Positions 40,967-52,067 of a DNA stretch of 64,000 nt are shown here, piece after piece. Position 1 is the stretch's first letter. Every line of letters starts with the position of its first letter. The notes beneath the pieces were generated by a model. That model was not told the origin of the DNA. It was given only the letters and a program-made list of their open reading frames with translations, and did no database searches. This stretch comes from a bacterium (GTDB lineage: Bacteria > Patescibacteriota > Patescibacteriia > UBA9570). Both the position numbers and the translations under genes were made by a program. The stretch lies in assembly GCA_030698395.1 (NCBI GenBank), contig JAUYKW010000001.1, positions 29,735 through 93,734 on the forward strand, given 5' to 3'.

Positions 40967-43900
40967 ATGCATAAAAAATACATTGTGAAGGGAAAAAAAG
41001 TTAAAAATCACACAATCGTAAATGCAATCAGCACGATATTTCTAGTTGTTCTGTTCGTCTTTTTTGCCCAGCCAACAATGGCTGCTATTGTTACCTGGGA
41101 TGGCGGTGGAACAGATGGTACTTGTGGCGGCGGTCCTAGTGATGGTAATAAAGGTTCCTGCGGATTAAACTGGAGCACTGACAGTGTGCCAACAAGTGCT
41201 GATGTAATAACTTTTGATGCTACATCAACAAAAGATATTAATTTTGATGGAGCAACTAATGTACTTGGAGTTGATATCAATACAGGATACACCGGAACAC
41301 TCACCCAAAATGCAGCAATTACAGTTGGCGCGAGCGGTTTTGATATTGCTGACGGCACATTTGCTGGCGGATCACAAACTATAGATATAAATGGTTTCTT
41401 AATTCAGTCTGGTGGATCTTTTACTTCAACTTCTGGAATTTTATATCTAAATAATGACTGGACTGTAAGCGGAGGATCCTTTGCACATAACAATGGCGGA
41501 ATTGAACTAGATAATAGTACTTTTAATTTAGATATTGATGTACTCACATCACTCACGTTGTATGATCTAAGAATTAATGGAACGACTAATACTGTTGAAG
41601 TTCAAGTAGCAGTTGATGATACCTTAATTGTTACAAACACTCTGCTCCTTACAAATGGAGAATTCGATACTGGCACCATAGAAGCCCAAAGTGGAATTAC
41701 GCATACTGCTACTTTTGATGGTGGTGCCGGCACTATAAATGTAACTGGTCCATTAGCATTTTCTCCGATTGTCGGAGGAGTATTACCTGGCATGAAATTT
41801 AGTCATGTTGGTTCATCATTTACTGGACTTGGATCTGGCACAACAATTTTTGAAGGCAAAATTAGTATGGTAGCTGGTACATTTAATAATGGTGCCGGTA
41901 CTATTTCTACAGCCAGAGGCTTAGATGTTGCTTCAGCTGCAACCTACAACCATGATGGCGGAACTTTTATTGTTACAAGTGGTCTTAGTAATAACCCTTG
42001 GGATTTAGATGGTCAAACTATTACATTTAATAATTTTACCCAAAGCGGTTATATAAAAACAGGTGCAGCAGATGTTATTAATGTTAATGGGCTACTTTCA
42101 CTGACTAATGGTGATTTTGTTGATGGTACAATACAACAAAACGGCACTTTTTCATTTACCTCCGGACACGATGGTGGTACTGGTGTAATTCATTTTAATA
42201 CTTTACAAAATATAAATCTCTTGAGTAATGGTGAGTTGCCAGGAGCTAGCCTTAATGTTTCCGGATCTTCAATTACCGGAATTGGCGCCGGATTAACAGC
42301 TGGACTGGAAGGAGATGTAACACTTACTAATGGAACAACTCTAAATGCTGGTGCTGGTACATTTCAGCTAGGTGGCGATTTTGATTTACAGGCCGGAGCA
42401 ACCTTTAACCACAACAGCGGAACTGTTCAATTAGTAAATGATGATCTTATTACCTGGCAGTTTACTGGCAATATTGTTTTTTTTAACCTAGAAAAAAAAG
42501 TTCAAAACAATGGTTCCCCTTCTATTGATGCGCAGATTATTTTTCCTGCTGGGCAGACTACCGTAATTGATGGAAATTTAGATATTTTTGGAAGTATTGG
42601 AATTTTCCCATTAGTTGATATTGTACTAAGAAGTAACTCGGCTGGATCGCAAGCAACATTAGATGTTAATGGATCAGTTAATAGACTTTCGTATGTTGAT
42701 ATTAAAGATATTATTGTAGACAACCCAGCTACTGCATATTGCGTTGTAGAATGCACTGACTCAGGAAACAATACGAATATCTATTTTGGTGATCCAGGAA
42801 TTATAGTCAGTAATATTTCTGGTAACACTACAGAAGCAGGCGGAACGGCTACATTCTCTGTTGTGTTACGTAACAAGCCGAGCGCAAACGTTAGCGTTGC
42901 TTTAGCCAGCACCGATACAGGAGAGGGCACCGTATCAACACCTAGCCTAACATTTACTAATGGAAACTGGGGTACGTCGCAAACGGTTACCGTAACTGGT
43001 CAAGATGATTCCGATGATGATGGCGGAATTGAATATACTGTTACAGTTGGTCCGGGCACATCTGCGGATGCTGCGTATAGCGGCTTAGAAGCTAGAGACC
43101 TGACTGTTATTAACGAAGATAATGACACTGCTACTAATGCAATTAACTTTGAAGACAATGCTAATTTTACTCGTGAAGATGTTTCAGATTCACTAGGTAT
43201 AACTACCTGGTCTCATTACTATTATGGCCATCTAGAATTAAATACTGATATTAGAGATTCAGTAATAAGAGCCGGGTGTAAAATTAATTTAGATGGCACT
43301 GAATATATCATCAGTCGTGTTTGGGAAAATGAAGCTAATGGCATGATCACAGTTACAGACGATCCTGCAACTAGCCCAGAAATTCTCGATACAACTTTAG
43401 GTGCTTTACCGGGAGTAGTTAATAGTATTTATTGTACAGACATTCAATCAACTGGTTTAGCTTTATCTACAGACGATTTTATCAGTACCGATTCTATCTA
43501 CTCTGCTGCGGAAAATCCTATCTATTACGATTCAACTAATAATGTAATATGGGTTTACAATGGTAACATTGATAGAGTTGATTTAACTACCAGAACCTTC
43601 TCTACCATAACTACAAGCGCCAGCTTTACCGGAGACATTGCTTTCGATCCGGGCCGTGATAGATTTTGGGTAACAAATAATAGCCTCGACTCAATTACCG
43701 CTTTTGAAATGTCTACTGGTAATCCTGCGTTCGGAACACTCGGAGCAAGCACCTTTGTTAGTAACGACAGGCCAAATGGAATTGTGTATGATTCTGTGAA
43801 TGATAAACTTTGGGTAGCTACGCCGGGATTATCAGATGTTGTAACAGTCCATAATCCTGCAGACGGCTCCATAACCAACACTATTGCAATGGTGCCAACA

Positions 43901-46900
43901 GATAACTTTGGTACCAGAGGAATCACGTACGATTCTGTGAACGATATTGTATGGTTAGTTCAAGAAAATAGTCTCTCATTATTAGCTATTGATGGCTCAA
44001 CCGAAACATATGTAAATGGCACTCTAGCGAATAGCACATTTTCAATAACTCCACCTGATACAGATTTTGCTAGTGGCAAACCACCAATCTATACACCCAC
44101 ATCAGATTCTGTATGGGTAATGAATGCACAATGTGAACCGGGAATATTTAATGATTACATTCATAAAGTAGATGCAACCAGTGGCAGAGAGCTTGGTCAT
44201 TATCCTGTAAGAGATTGTCCAACGCAAATAACCTATGATGCTACAAATAAAAGAATTTTCTCAACCAGTGATCATGATGGATCATTCTCTGAACTTCGCG
44301 AAAAAGATGGTACTCTGGTAGAAAGTCATGCTGGGATGGATTCATCAAATGGTATAGCTGTTGATGCAGAAGATGATATATGGATTACTCAGTATGCTAC
44401 TGCATTACACGAGTATGTGCGAGATGGTGTACCAGTTAATGAGTATTACACCACTATCACAACAGACCCAAATCAAATAGATGTATCTTCAGAAGCAGCC
44501 ATTGGTAGTGCGGTTGTAGATGAAACTCTTAACAACCAAAGTTTATTTTATACATTATCATTCGATGATCGTGCCAGCTTTAAAGTATGGGGATCCTGGC
44601 GTACTATTGCTTCTAGCTCCGTTGCAGATCATGGCGGAGTAGATGGTAACTGGTACTGGCGAGATAATGCAAATGCATGGTCTGCAGCGTCACCAAATAC
44701 CCCCGAGGCTGCTCTATCCGCTGCAATCGCCGCTGGTACAAACAACCAAATGGATGGTACTACATTAGCCAGCTTAGATAATGCCGACTTTGCACTAAGC
44801 GGAGGTTTTGAAGCTGGCACAACTCAAACACTGGATGTAGCTACTACCGCCTTCTCTGATGATCCTCATGATGCACCTGTAGTACGATCGATCCAATTCT
44901 TAACTGCAACACCAGGAATTACCGTTAGTGCCATTTCTGGTAACACAACTGAATCCGGAGGCACAGCCACCTTCACAGTTGTCCTCAACACAGCGCCATC
45001 TGCATCTGTAACCATTCCAGTTGCAACATCCGATTTAACTGAAGGCAATGTTTCAACATCTTCCCTAACATTTACAACAGGCAATTGGAGCACTCCACAA
45101 ACTGTCACAGTTACTGGTGTAGACGATTCCATTGAAGACGGTGATATCACCTACTCTATAATATTGAATACCACAACCTCTGGTGACGCAGGATACAATA
45201 ATCTAAATCCTGATGATGTAACCGTCGTTAATGAAGATGACGATATAGCTCCAATATTTGCTGGAACTATCAGTGATCAAACTTGGGATGAAGATACTGT
45301 ATTAGATAACGCATTCGATCTAGATGATTTTTTTACAGACACAACTAGTACTGGACTAACATATGACATTCTATCCACCGATGAGCCGACAAATATCGAT
45401 GTTAAAATTGCTGTCGATGGTACAGTAGATTTTACTCCGGACGCAGACTGGAATGGAACTGATACAATCACATTCACTGCTACAAACAATATTGGTACCA
45501 CAAATTCAAATCAAGTTTCTCTCACAATCAATCCAATCAATGACGTACCTGAGGCACCGCTCTCTGGATTCTCTCCACAAAAAGGTGATGAAACTTCAGA
45601 TACAACTCCAACAATATCTTGGAATGATGCAACTGATATAGATGATGCATCGTCAACTTTAACATACGAATTACGCATCGGTACAAACTCAGATCCCGAA
45701 AATAATTATGATTATACTTATAACTCTGATACAGGAGAACCAAATGTAGACCTCACTACAGATCTAACAGTAGGTGAAAAATATTATTATATTGTTCGAA
45801 CCATCGATCCTCAAAATGCTCAGTCTAGTTGGTCTACTGTGCAAAGTTTTGTAGTTAGTACTAATGAACCAATCATAAACCTTTCGAAAAAAGTTGGGAT
45901 CAATCTTGCTCTCGGTAATGAATCTTTACTCACACGTATGGTTGGTAGAATTTTAGGATGGCCAGCTTTTGCTGCCAATGAAAGTTACAGCATCTCACCA
46001 ATCTACGACTCTTTGATATACACATGGATCATGTCTATTTTGCTCACATTTATTTCTTTTATTTATGCCGGTATACATGGTAGACATCCATATAAATCTT
46101 TTAGATTACTAATAGTAAAAGCTCAAAGTTCTTATCCAGATATTGCCAAGACAAACCAATTAGGAATGTTTACAACAGCCTACTCCAAATACAGAATAAA
46201 AACATTCACAGCTAAAACATTAAACCGAGTAGGAATTATAGGAATTATTATTTCTACGGTCGTACTATCTCTGTCGTCACCGACTCTATCATTTACAGAT
46301 CAATCTAGTAGACCAGTTGAACCGGGTGACAAACTCACTTATGAAATATCCATTACTAATACAGGTAGTGGCGATGCCACAAGCTCAGTTATTACCGAGA
46401 GCCTGCCAGATAGTACTTCCCTAGTTAGTGGATCAATTTCTGTAAACGGACGTCACATAGATGATAACAAATTATCTGATGGTAGTGGTATAATTCCAAT
46501 TGGTACAGTTAGCGCTGGGCAAACAGCCACTCTGTCTTATTCAGTAACAATAAACAATCCAGTATCTGATGGACAAACTGATATTACTAGCCCAGCTAGC
46601 ACATTCTCTAGTAACGAAACAACTGCTAAATCAAACAGTGTAAAAAATCCTATCATTGATAGCTCTGTCGGAGGTACCATTGTAGATGATGCAACGAATG
46701 TGGCAATCGAAAATGCAGCTATCACTTTAATTGATAAAGCAGGAGCATCACTTGCTAGAGATACTTCTGATGCATCTGGAACATTCCTCTTTGCTGGTTT
46801 ACATTCCGGTGACTACACCGTAGTGGTAGATGGGCCAGATAATTATTCAAATGCAAATGTAGCTGTATCCCCGGCACAATCTGAAGACTTAAGAATTACA

Positions 46901-48319
46901 ATCAGATTAACTAAATCAGAAAGTGTTATCGTTGATGAAGAATTAGTCGAAAAAATTATTACCGGTGAGCTAAAAATAGAAGATTTAGACGAAGCTATTA
47001 TAGATGAATTACTAGAAGAGATATTAGAAGGACGATTAGATCCAGATAATATTCCTGATGATTTGTTAAGGCTCTTATTAGAACGTGCACTCCATTTAAA
47101 TTTTATTAATGGCAAACCTCTAGATTTAGAACATCCTCTCACAATTATTGTACCAATCGAATTTGCTGATGATGATACTATTTTAGAACTAATTGGTAGA
47201 TCGTACCCAAACAGTACCGTCACAATTCAATTATGCAACGCTGGCCTCTCGTCAAACTATGAAGCAAAAGCAAATGATGATGGCGTTTGGGAAATGAAAA
47301 TTCCAAGAGACTTAGTTAACGCCGGCTTAAATACGATAGTCGGTGAAGCATCTTTGAATGACGTTATATCAAAAAATATTGTCCTCGGGCACTTTGTAAA
47401 CGCAGCACAGCCCCCAACCTATACTTTATGGCTAATCTTCATCAACTTCTTCATCCTCTTGATGACTCTATTGAGTTTAACATTTGTCCAATGGTGGCGA
47501 GGTAAAGCTTTAACTGAAGATGAATTAAAAAAGAAACAATCCTGGAAGATATTTGTCATCTTCATATCACTTGTAGCAATGATTGTGTTTGCCTATATTA
47601 TTGTTGCATCATTAACCCAAGACAAAGCCCTACAGGATGTTTCATTCACGAGCAGAATTGAAGTACCAGAGCTAACAATTGCTAGCATTGATGATCAACC
47701 AGTAGAATTAAATACCACTCAAGTAATAGAAGCAGAAGAAAAAATAATAATTGCCGGAACAGGTACACCCAACTCGCATGTCTCAATAAATTTATGTAGT
47801 GGTATTGAAGCGTATGGTGTAGATATTGATGACAATGGCAACTGGCAACTAGAACTACCACTGAATGAGATACCTAATCAAAATATTGTTTATCAAGCAT
47901 CTCTTACTAAAGATGGAAAAATTGTTGTGCCAGAAACCGACTTATTCGAAATTGAAGTCACTGATATTTTAGCTGGCATTCCAATTTGGTTATTAATTCT
48001 CCTAGCTTTATTCTTTATAATATCTGCAGTACTTTTTGAATGGAATATTTTAACTCTATTTGCAACCAGATTAAAAATCAAGAAGGAAAACCAGAAAAAG
48101 CTTAAGAAAAAAATTGAACAACCTATCAAAACGATATCAGTTGCTAAGCCTAAATCAAATCCTCAAAAAAATGATGTTATTCAACTAACTTCAGAAGAAG
48201 AGATTAGCAAAGAAGAACCCGCTCCAAAACCTAAATCAAATTCAAGGTCAAAGGCAGCTACAAAACGAGCACCCCGAAAAACAGTATCCGGAAGAAAACT
48301 ACCTAAGAAAAAGAATTAA
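40967..48319 (+). CDS. Giant (2450 aa) surface protein: beta-helix-like N-terminus, two Calx-beta-like repeats, beta-propeller, cadherin/FN3, DUF11, Ig-like domains, several TM segments
   Basis: Signal peptide; duplicated PGI.VS.ISGNTTE.GGTATF.VVL; YDS.ND..WV propeller repeats; PGDKLTYEISITNTG (DUF11); basic cytoplasmic tail. Confidence 0.85.
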   Translation: MHKKYIVKGKKVKNHTIVNAISTIFLVVLFVFFAQPTMAAIVTWDGGGTDGTCGGGPSDGNKGSCGLNWSTDSVPTSADVITFDATSTKDINFDGATNVLGVDINTGYTGTLTQNAAITVGASGFDIADGTFAGGSQTIDINGFLIQSGGSFTSTSGILYLNNDWTVSGGSFAHNNGGIELDNSTFNLDIDVLTSLTLYDLRINGTTNTVEVQVAVDDTLIVTNTLLLTNGEFDTGTIEAQSGITHTATFDGGAGTINVTGPLAFSPIVGGVLPGMKFSHVGSSFTGLGSGTTIFEGKISMVAGTFNNGAGTISTARGLDVASAATYNHDGGTFIVTSGLSNNPWDLDGQTITFNNFTQSGYIKTGAADVINVNGLLSLTNGDFVDGTIQQNGTFSFTSGHDGGTGVIHFNTLQNINLLSNGELPGASLNVSGSSITGIGAGLTAGLEGDVTLTNGTTLNAGAGTFQLGGDFDLQAGATFNHNSGTVQLVNDDLITWQFTGNIVFFNLEKKVQNNGSPSIDAQIIFPAGQTTVIDGNLDIFGSIGIFPLVDIVLRSNSAGSQATLDVNGSVNRLSYVDIKDIIVDNPATAYCVVECTDSGNNTNIYFGDPGIIVSNISGNTTEAGGTATFSVVLRNKPSANVSVALASTDTGEGTVSTPSLTFTNGNWGTSQTVTVTGQDDSDDDGGIEYTVTVGPGTSADAAYSGLEARDLTVINEDNDTATNAINFEDNANFTREDVSDSLGITTWSHYYYGHLELNTDIRDSVIRAGCKINLDGTEYIISRVWENEANGMITVTDDPATSPEILDTTLGALPGVVNSIYCTDIQSTGLALSTDDFISTDSIYSAAENPIYYDSTNNVIWVYNGNIDRVDLTTRTFSTITTSASFTGDIAFDPGRDRFWVTNNSLDSITAFEMSTGNPAFGTLGASTFVSNDRPNGIVYDSVNDKLWVATPGLSDVVTVHNPADGSITNTIAMVPTDNFGTRGITYDSVNDIVWLVQENSLSLLAIDGSTETYVNGTLANSTFSITPPDTDFASGKPPIYTPTSDSVWVMNAQCEPGIFNDYIHKVDATSGRELGHYPVRDCPTQITYDATNKRIFSTSDHDGSFSELREKDGTLVESHAGMDSSNGIAVDAEDDIWITQYATALHEYVRDGVPVNEYYTTITTDPNQIDVSSEAAIGSAVVDETLNNQSLFYTLSFDDRASFKVWGSWRTIASSSVADHGGVDGNWYWRDNANAWSAASPNTPEAALSAAIAAGTNNQMDGTTLASLDNADFALSGGFEAGTTQTLDVATTAFSDDPHDAPVVRSIQFLTATPGITVSAISGNTTESGGTATFTVVLNTAPSASVTIPVATSDLTEGNVSTSSLTFTTGNWSTPQTVTVTGVDDSIEDGDITYSIILNTTTSGDAGYNNLNPDDVTVVNEDDDIAPIFAGTISDQTWDEDTVLDNAFDLDDFFTDTTSTGLTYDILSTDEPTNIDVKIAVDGTVDFTPDADWNGTDTITFTATNNIGTTNSNQVSLTINPINDVPEAPLSGFSPQKGDETSDTTPTISWNDATDIDDASSTLTYELRIGTNSDPENNYDYTYNSDTGEPNVDLTTDLTVGEKYYYIVRTIDPQNAQSSWSTVQSFVVSTNEPIINLSKKVGINLALGNESLLTRMVGRILGWPAFAANESYSISPIYDSLIYTWIMSILLTFISFIYAGIHGRHPYKSFRLLIVKAQSSYPDIAKTNQLGMFTTAYSKYRIKTFTAKTLNRVGIIGIIISTVVLSLSSPTLSFTDQSSRPVEPGDKLTYEISITNTGSGDATSSVITESLPDSTSLVSGSISVNGRHIDDNKLSDGSGIIPIGTVSAGQTATLSYSVTINNPVSDGQTDITSPASTFSSNETTAKSNSVKNPIIDSSVGGTIVDDATNVAIENAAITLIDKAGASLARDTSDASGTFLFAGLHSGDYTVVVDGPDNYSNANVAVSPAQSEDLRITIRLTKSESVIVDEELVEKIITGELKIEDLDEAIIDELLEEILEGRLDPDNIPDDLLRLLLERALHLNFINGKPLDLEHPLTIIVPIEFADDDTILELIGRSYPNSTVTIQLCNAGLSSNYEAKANDDGVWEMKIPRDLVNAGLNTIVGEASLNDVISKNIVLGHFVNAAQPPTYTLWLIFINFFILLMTLLSLTFVQWWRGKALTEDELKKKQSWKIFVIFISLVAMIVFAYIIVASLTQDKALQDVSFTSRIEVPELTIASIDDQPVELNTTQVIEAEEKIIIAGTGTPNSHVSINLCSGIEAYGVDIDDNGNWQLELPLNEIPNQNIVYQASLTKDGKIVVPETDLFEIEVTDILAGIPIWLLILLALFFIISAVLFEWNILTLFATRLKIKKENQKKLKKKIEQPIKTISVAKPKSNPQKNDVIQLTSEEEISKEEPAPKPKSNSRSKAATKRAPRKTVSGRKLPKKKN

Positions 48320-48362
48320 CAACTTCATACATTTTAAAACACTGGCAAACCGTCGATGTTTT

Positions 48363-49085
48363 TTATTTACTAAATTTTTTATAAGGGAACAACAAGTACG
48401 GATCTAAACACATAGAACGATATTGTTCCCATTCACTGGGTTTTGCAACACCTGGAAAATCACCTGTCTTATTTATCATATCTGTCATTATTTGAAAATG
48501 TACGTGTGATGGCCATTGACCATTCTCAGTTATATCTCCTACCCAAGCAACACGCTCTCCAGCCTTAATAGTTTGATTAACTGCCAATCCTTTCAATGAT
48601 GTTCTAGATAAATGACCATACAAAGTATAAAAAATTAAACCAGAAATTTCATGCTCTAAAATAATTGTTGGACCATAATCTCGATAATTATCATTTATCT
48701 GGAAACTATGCACTCTAGCATCTAAAGGTGCATATAACTCGCTACCGGCTGGTAGCCAGACGTCATAAGCGAGATGAACAGACCTAGCTTCACCATCGGA
48801 AGTAAACAATGGACTATTACGATATACTAAACGATCCTCGCCATACTTCCCAATACCCCACGAAGTATTATTTGTATGCAAATGCTGTTGCACATAATTA
48901 TCAAAATCTTGATTACTATCAATATTAAGTTCATGCACCTCAACATTGTTTTCGGTAAAATCAAAAAAATATGGCTGCTCCAAAAAAAATGATTCTGCTA
49001 TTAAAGCCTTAATATCGCTAGATGATTGTTGTAAAATTGCTGTAACTTTAACAGCATGTTCTTTCTGCTGAAATGTAATATTCAT
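48363..49085 (-). CDS. M23-family metallopeptidase
   Basis: HLAYD (HxxxD), YTLYGHL, HVHFQ. Confidence 0.88.
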   Translation of the reverse strand: MNITFQQKEHAVKVTAILQQSSSDIKALIAESFFLEQPYFFDFTENNVEVHELNIDSNQDFDNYVQQHLHTNNTSWGIGKYGEDRLVYRNSPLFTSDGEARSVHLAYDVWLPAGSELYAPLDARVHSFQINDNYRDYGPTIILEHEISGLIFYTLYGHLSRTSLKGLAVNQTIKAGERVAWVGDITENGQWPSHVHFQIMTDMINKTGDFPGVAKPSEWEQYRSMCLDPYLLFPYKKFSK

Positions 49086-49167
49086 AAATTTATTATATCA
49101 ATTAATTCAGGTGTTGTGTGGGAGTACTCACCAAAATGGCTTTCCTCCCAGCTATCCTCCTAGGACA

Positions 49168-50049
49168 TCACAACACTCGAGGAGTAAACTGCGTGAGATC
49201 CAGGTTGTCCAAGTGTGGATACAACCTAATCACGTAGTGGCGCAGACCGCTCACGAACAGTGGCAACTTGGCCAACCGATAGTTACGACTCCGCAACCAC
49301 TGAGGCTTGTCACTAGCATACACAGGCGTTCCTTCGGTCATGGCAATTGCACCACCATCGTCGATCACTTCGTTGACGAAGTGCAACGTCGCTCCAGTGA
49401 CGGTGTGTACTCCATCTCGGGCGCGAACCAACGCATCAGTAGTCGGAGTGGGTCCGCGCAGACAGTGAGGACTCTCCCGCACCGTAATCGCAGGATGAAT
49501 GTTGATCACCCGACCCATCAAACCGAATTCCGCCGTAATCAGATGATCAATCTGTGCCATATAGTGATCCGATACCAGAACGTCCCCGTGGACCTCTTGA
49601 AACAGCGTCAAAACGGACCGTTCGAACTCGAGCTTGGCACGCTTCCTGCCGACTCGATCGGTCTTTGGCAGCTTCCGGAAACTAGATGGCTGATTGATGG
49701 TACGCTCAGTCACCCGCTGACCATTCGCCAACCGCAGATCGTGAGGATGAAGCCAAGGTCTCCCTGCCTGAGGGGCACACGGATAAGCTCGCAGCTTATC
49801 CTTAGGATGATCGTCCGTGATCACCAGCACAACCTCGATCAACCCATGCAACATACCACCCGGCCGTGCAGCCAGAACGGTACGTTGAATCGCACCTTCC
49901 ATGTAGCGAATACCGTCAGGCATGTACACATTCAAGCCATTGCAATCACAAGCGCCGGTATCTCGAACAGAGGTGAGAAACACAATTCGCAACGGCCTAT
50001 CCGGATGAACTGCAGGCTTGGTCCAATCAGCAAAAAGATTCGTGAGCAT
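49168..50049 (-). CDS. GC-rich gene, PurN-like formyltransferase family protein
   Basis: INIHPA, TGATLHFV, IDDG motifs; SD-like gagg before ATG 50049; GC far above neighbours. Confidence 0.7.
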   Translation of the reverse strand: MLTNLFADWTKPAVHPDRPLRIVFLTSVRDTGACDCNGLNVYMPDGIRYMEGAIQRTVLAARPGGMLHGLIEVVLVITDDHPKDKLRAYPCAPQAGRPWLHPHDLRLANGQRVTERTINQPSSFRKLPKTDRVGRKRAKLEFERSVLTLFQEVHGDVLVSDHYMAQIDHLITAEFGLMGRVINIHPAITVRESPHCLRGPTPTTDALVRARDGVHTVTGATLHFVNEVIDDGGAIAMTEGTPVYASDKPQWLRSRNYRLAKLPLFVSGLRHYVIRLYPHLDNLDLTQFTPRVL

Positions 50050-50063
50050 CTTTTTTCCTCGGA

Positions 50064-50127
50064 ATGTTGTGGAGACGAAACGAGACTGGTGATTCTTACT
50101 ACCAGTCTCGAAATATGCCCACAACAT
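50064..50127 (-). promoter_or_regulatory. Long 5' leader hairpin
   Basis: atgttgtgg/ccacaacat (9 bp) enclosing cgagactggt/accagtctcg (10 bp). Confidence 0.65.
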
Positions 50128-50220
50128 AATAATTAAGACCGATCACATATTCATGCTCTTCTTTAATTGATTAACTATTTTTTCTCTAAACATATTATTG
50201 TATTAAGTTAATTACTATAA

Positions 50221-50367
50221 ACAAAAAACCGCCCATCGGCGGTCTGAATTTATACAATTTATATAAAAAAGCTACCGCCAATATTGGTGATCTTGCTTCT
50301 TCTTATTAATTTGCAAAACTAAATTTAACATATGAAAGAAGTATAGCGGAATTCATAAATGTGTCAA
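50221..50367 (-). promoter_or_regulatory. Promoter plus leader-peptide attenuator
   Basis: ttgaca-16-tatact; uORF 50331-50272 MLNLVLQINKKKQDHQYWR*; terminator accgcc-gatg-ggcggt plus T run; tggcggt at the uORF end is complementary to the terminator 5' arm. Confidence 0.65.
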
Positions 50368-50493
50368 GAAAAATTAAAGGCAAAATCCAGTACAGCACCA
50401 ATAATAAAGACAAGGGTAAATTACAGTCTATCTAAAATGATTAAAAAACGTACTTTGACGAAACGTCTATTTTAAGCTAAATTATAACCATAT

Positions 50494-51732
50494 ATGAAGA
50501 AAATAGTTATCTTAGGTGCTGGTACAGCTGGCACAATAATGGCAAATAAACTAGCCAAAAAGATTGATCGTAATAATTGGTCGATTACTTTAATTGATAA
50601 GCACGAAACTCATTATTATCAACCAGGTTTTTTATTTATTCCCTTTGGCATCTATTCAAAAAAGGATGTAATTAAACCAAAGAAATCATTCGTGCCTAGC
50701 GGGGTTGAATACATTCAAAAATCGGTGAATATAATCAATCCAGAATCAAATGAAATTGAATTAGCTGATAACCAAAAAATTTCTTACGACATTTTAATTA
50801 TCGCAACCGGTTCGCAGATTGTTCCGGATGAAATTGAAGGATTAAAAGGAGTAGGTTGGCAAAAAAATGTTTTTGATTTTTATACTATAGAAGGAACAAT
50901 CTCCCTTGGAGAAAAACTTAAAACTTGGGAAGGAGGCAAGTTAGTCGTTCATCTTGCAGAAATGCCAATCAAGTGTCCAGTAGCTCCCCTCGAATTCACA
51001 TTTCTATCTGATTGGTTTTTTACTAAAAAAGGCATGCGCGATAAAGTAGATATTTCTTTTGTAACTCCCCTTTCTGGCGCATTCACCAAAGAACAGGCAT
51101 CCAAAAAGCTGGGTAACCTACTCCAAGAAAAAAATATCAATCTCGTACCAGACTTTGCAGTAGAAAAAGTTGATGAAGAAAAAAATGTTATCTATTCATA
51201 CGATGACAAACAAGTTGAGTATGATCTTCTAGTGTCAATTCCTACGAATATGGGCGATGCGATCATTGAACGTTCTGGCTTAGGTGATGAATTAAGATTC
51301 GTACCTACCGATCCCCAAACATTACAATCCTTAAAACACAAGAACATTTTTGTTGTTGGTGATGCTGCGGCCCTCAAGAGTTCCAAAGCTGGATCAGTTG
51401 CTCATTTTCAAGCAGAAATTCTGGAACATAATATTATGCATTTTATTAACAACGAACCATTACAAGAAAAATTTGATGGTCACGCTAATTGCTTTATTGA
51501 ATCCGGACATGGCAAAGCTTTCTTAATAGATTTTAACTATGACACTGAACCAGTAGCAGGTACATTTCCTGTTCCAGTACTCGGTCCATTTTCTTTGTTG
51601 AAAGAATCCCGCATTAATCACTGGGGCAAACTAGCATTTCGCTGGATGTATTGGAACGTTCTATTAAAAGGTTTTTCTATTCCTGGAATAAAATCCAAAA
51701 TGAGTAAAATAGGTAAAAAATTAACCAAATAA
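50494..51732 (+). CDS. sqr: Sulfide:quinone oxidoreductase-like flavoprotein (type III-like)
   Basis: GAGTAG, YYQPG, IKCPVAPLE, GDA...SKAGSVAH, second Cys in ANCFIE. Confidence 0.8.
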   Translation: MKKIVILGAGTAGTIMANKLAKKIDRNNWSITLIDKHETHYYQPGFLFIPFGIYSKKDVIKPKKSFVPSGVEYIQKSVNIINPESNEIELADNQKISYDILIIATGSQIVPDEIEGLKGVGWQKNVFDFYTIEGTISLGEKLKTWEGGKLVVHLAEMPIKCPVAPLEFTFLSDWFFTKKGMRDKVDISFVTPLSGAFTKEQASKKLGNLLQEKNINLVPDFAVEKVDEEKNVIYSYDDKQVEYDLLVSIPTNMGDAIIERSGLGDELRFVPTDPQTLQSLKHKNIFVVGDAAALKSSKAGSVAHFQAEILEHNIMHFINNEPLQEKFDGHANCFIESGHGKAFLIDFNYDTEPVAGTFPVPVLGPFSLLKESRINHWGKLAFRWMYWNVLLKGFSIPGIKSKMSKIGKKLTK

Positions 51733-51737
51733 TTAAT

Positions 51738-52055
51738 ATGCCAACAGCAACATTTGGAAATCATCAAGTAGAAGTGAATGACGAAGGATTTTTAACTGAT
51801 CCCACTCAATGGAACAAAGAAATAGCAGACGCAATTGCAAAGGAAGTTAACATCCCAGAACTTACACCAAAACATTGGGAATTGATAGATTATCTTCGGA
51901 AGTATTATACAGAAAAAAATGACATGCCTTCAATTCGTTTTCTAAAAAAGAACGGCATTATCCCTATTAAAGATTTATACAGCCTATTTCCGGATGGGCC
52001 TTTAAAAAAAGCATCTAAGATAGCTGGATTACCCAAGCCATATAGTTGCGTTTAA
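51738..52055 (+). CDS. TusE/DsrC-family sulfur carrier
   Basis: DEGFL.DP..W, HWELI.YLR, KIAGLPKPYSCV (single C-terminal Cys). Confidence 0.9.
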   Translation: MPTATFGNHQVEVNDEGFLTDPTQWNKEIADAIAKEVNIPELTPKHWELIDYLRKYYTEKNDMPSIRFLKKNGIIPIKDLYSLFPDGPLKKASKIAGLPKPYSCV

Positions 52056-52067
52056 AATTATAAATAT

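Noticed and set aside
49111-50136. 341-aa + strand ORF spanning the PurN-like gene
   Set aside because: Antisense shadow of a GC-rich gene; the formyltransferase motifs, SD, promoter and leader are all on the minus strand
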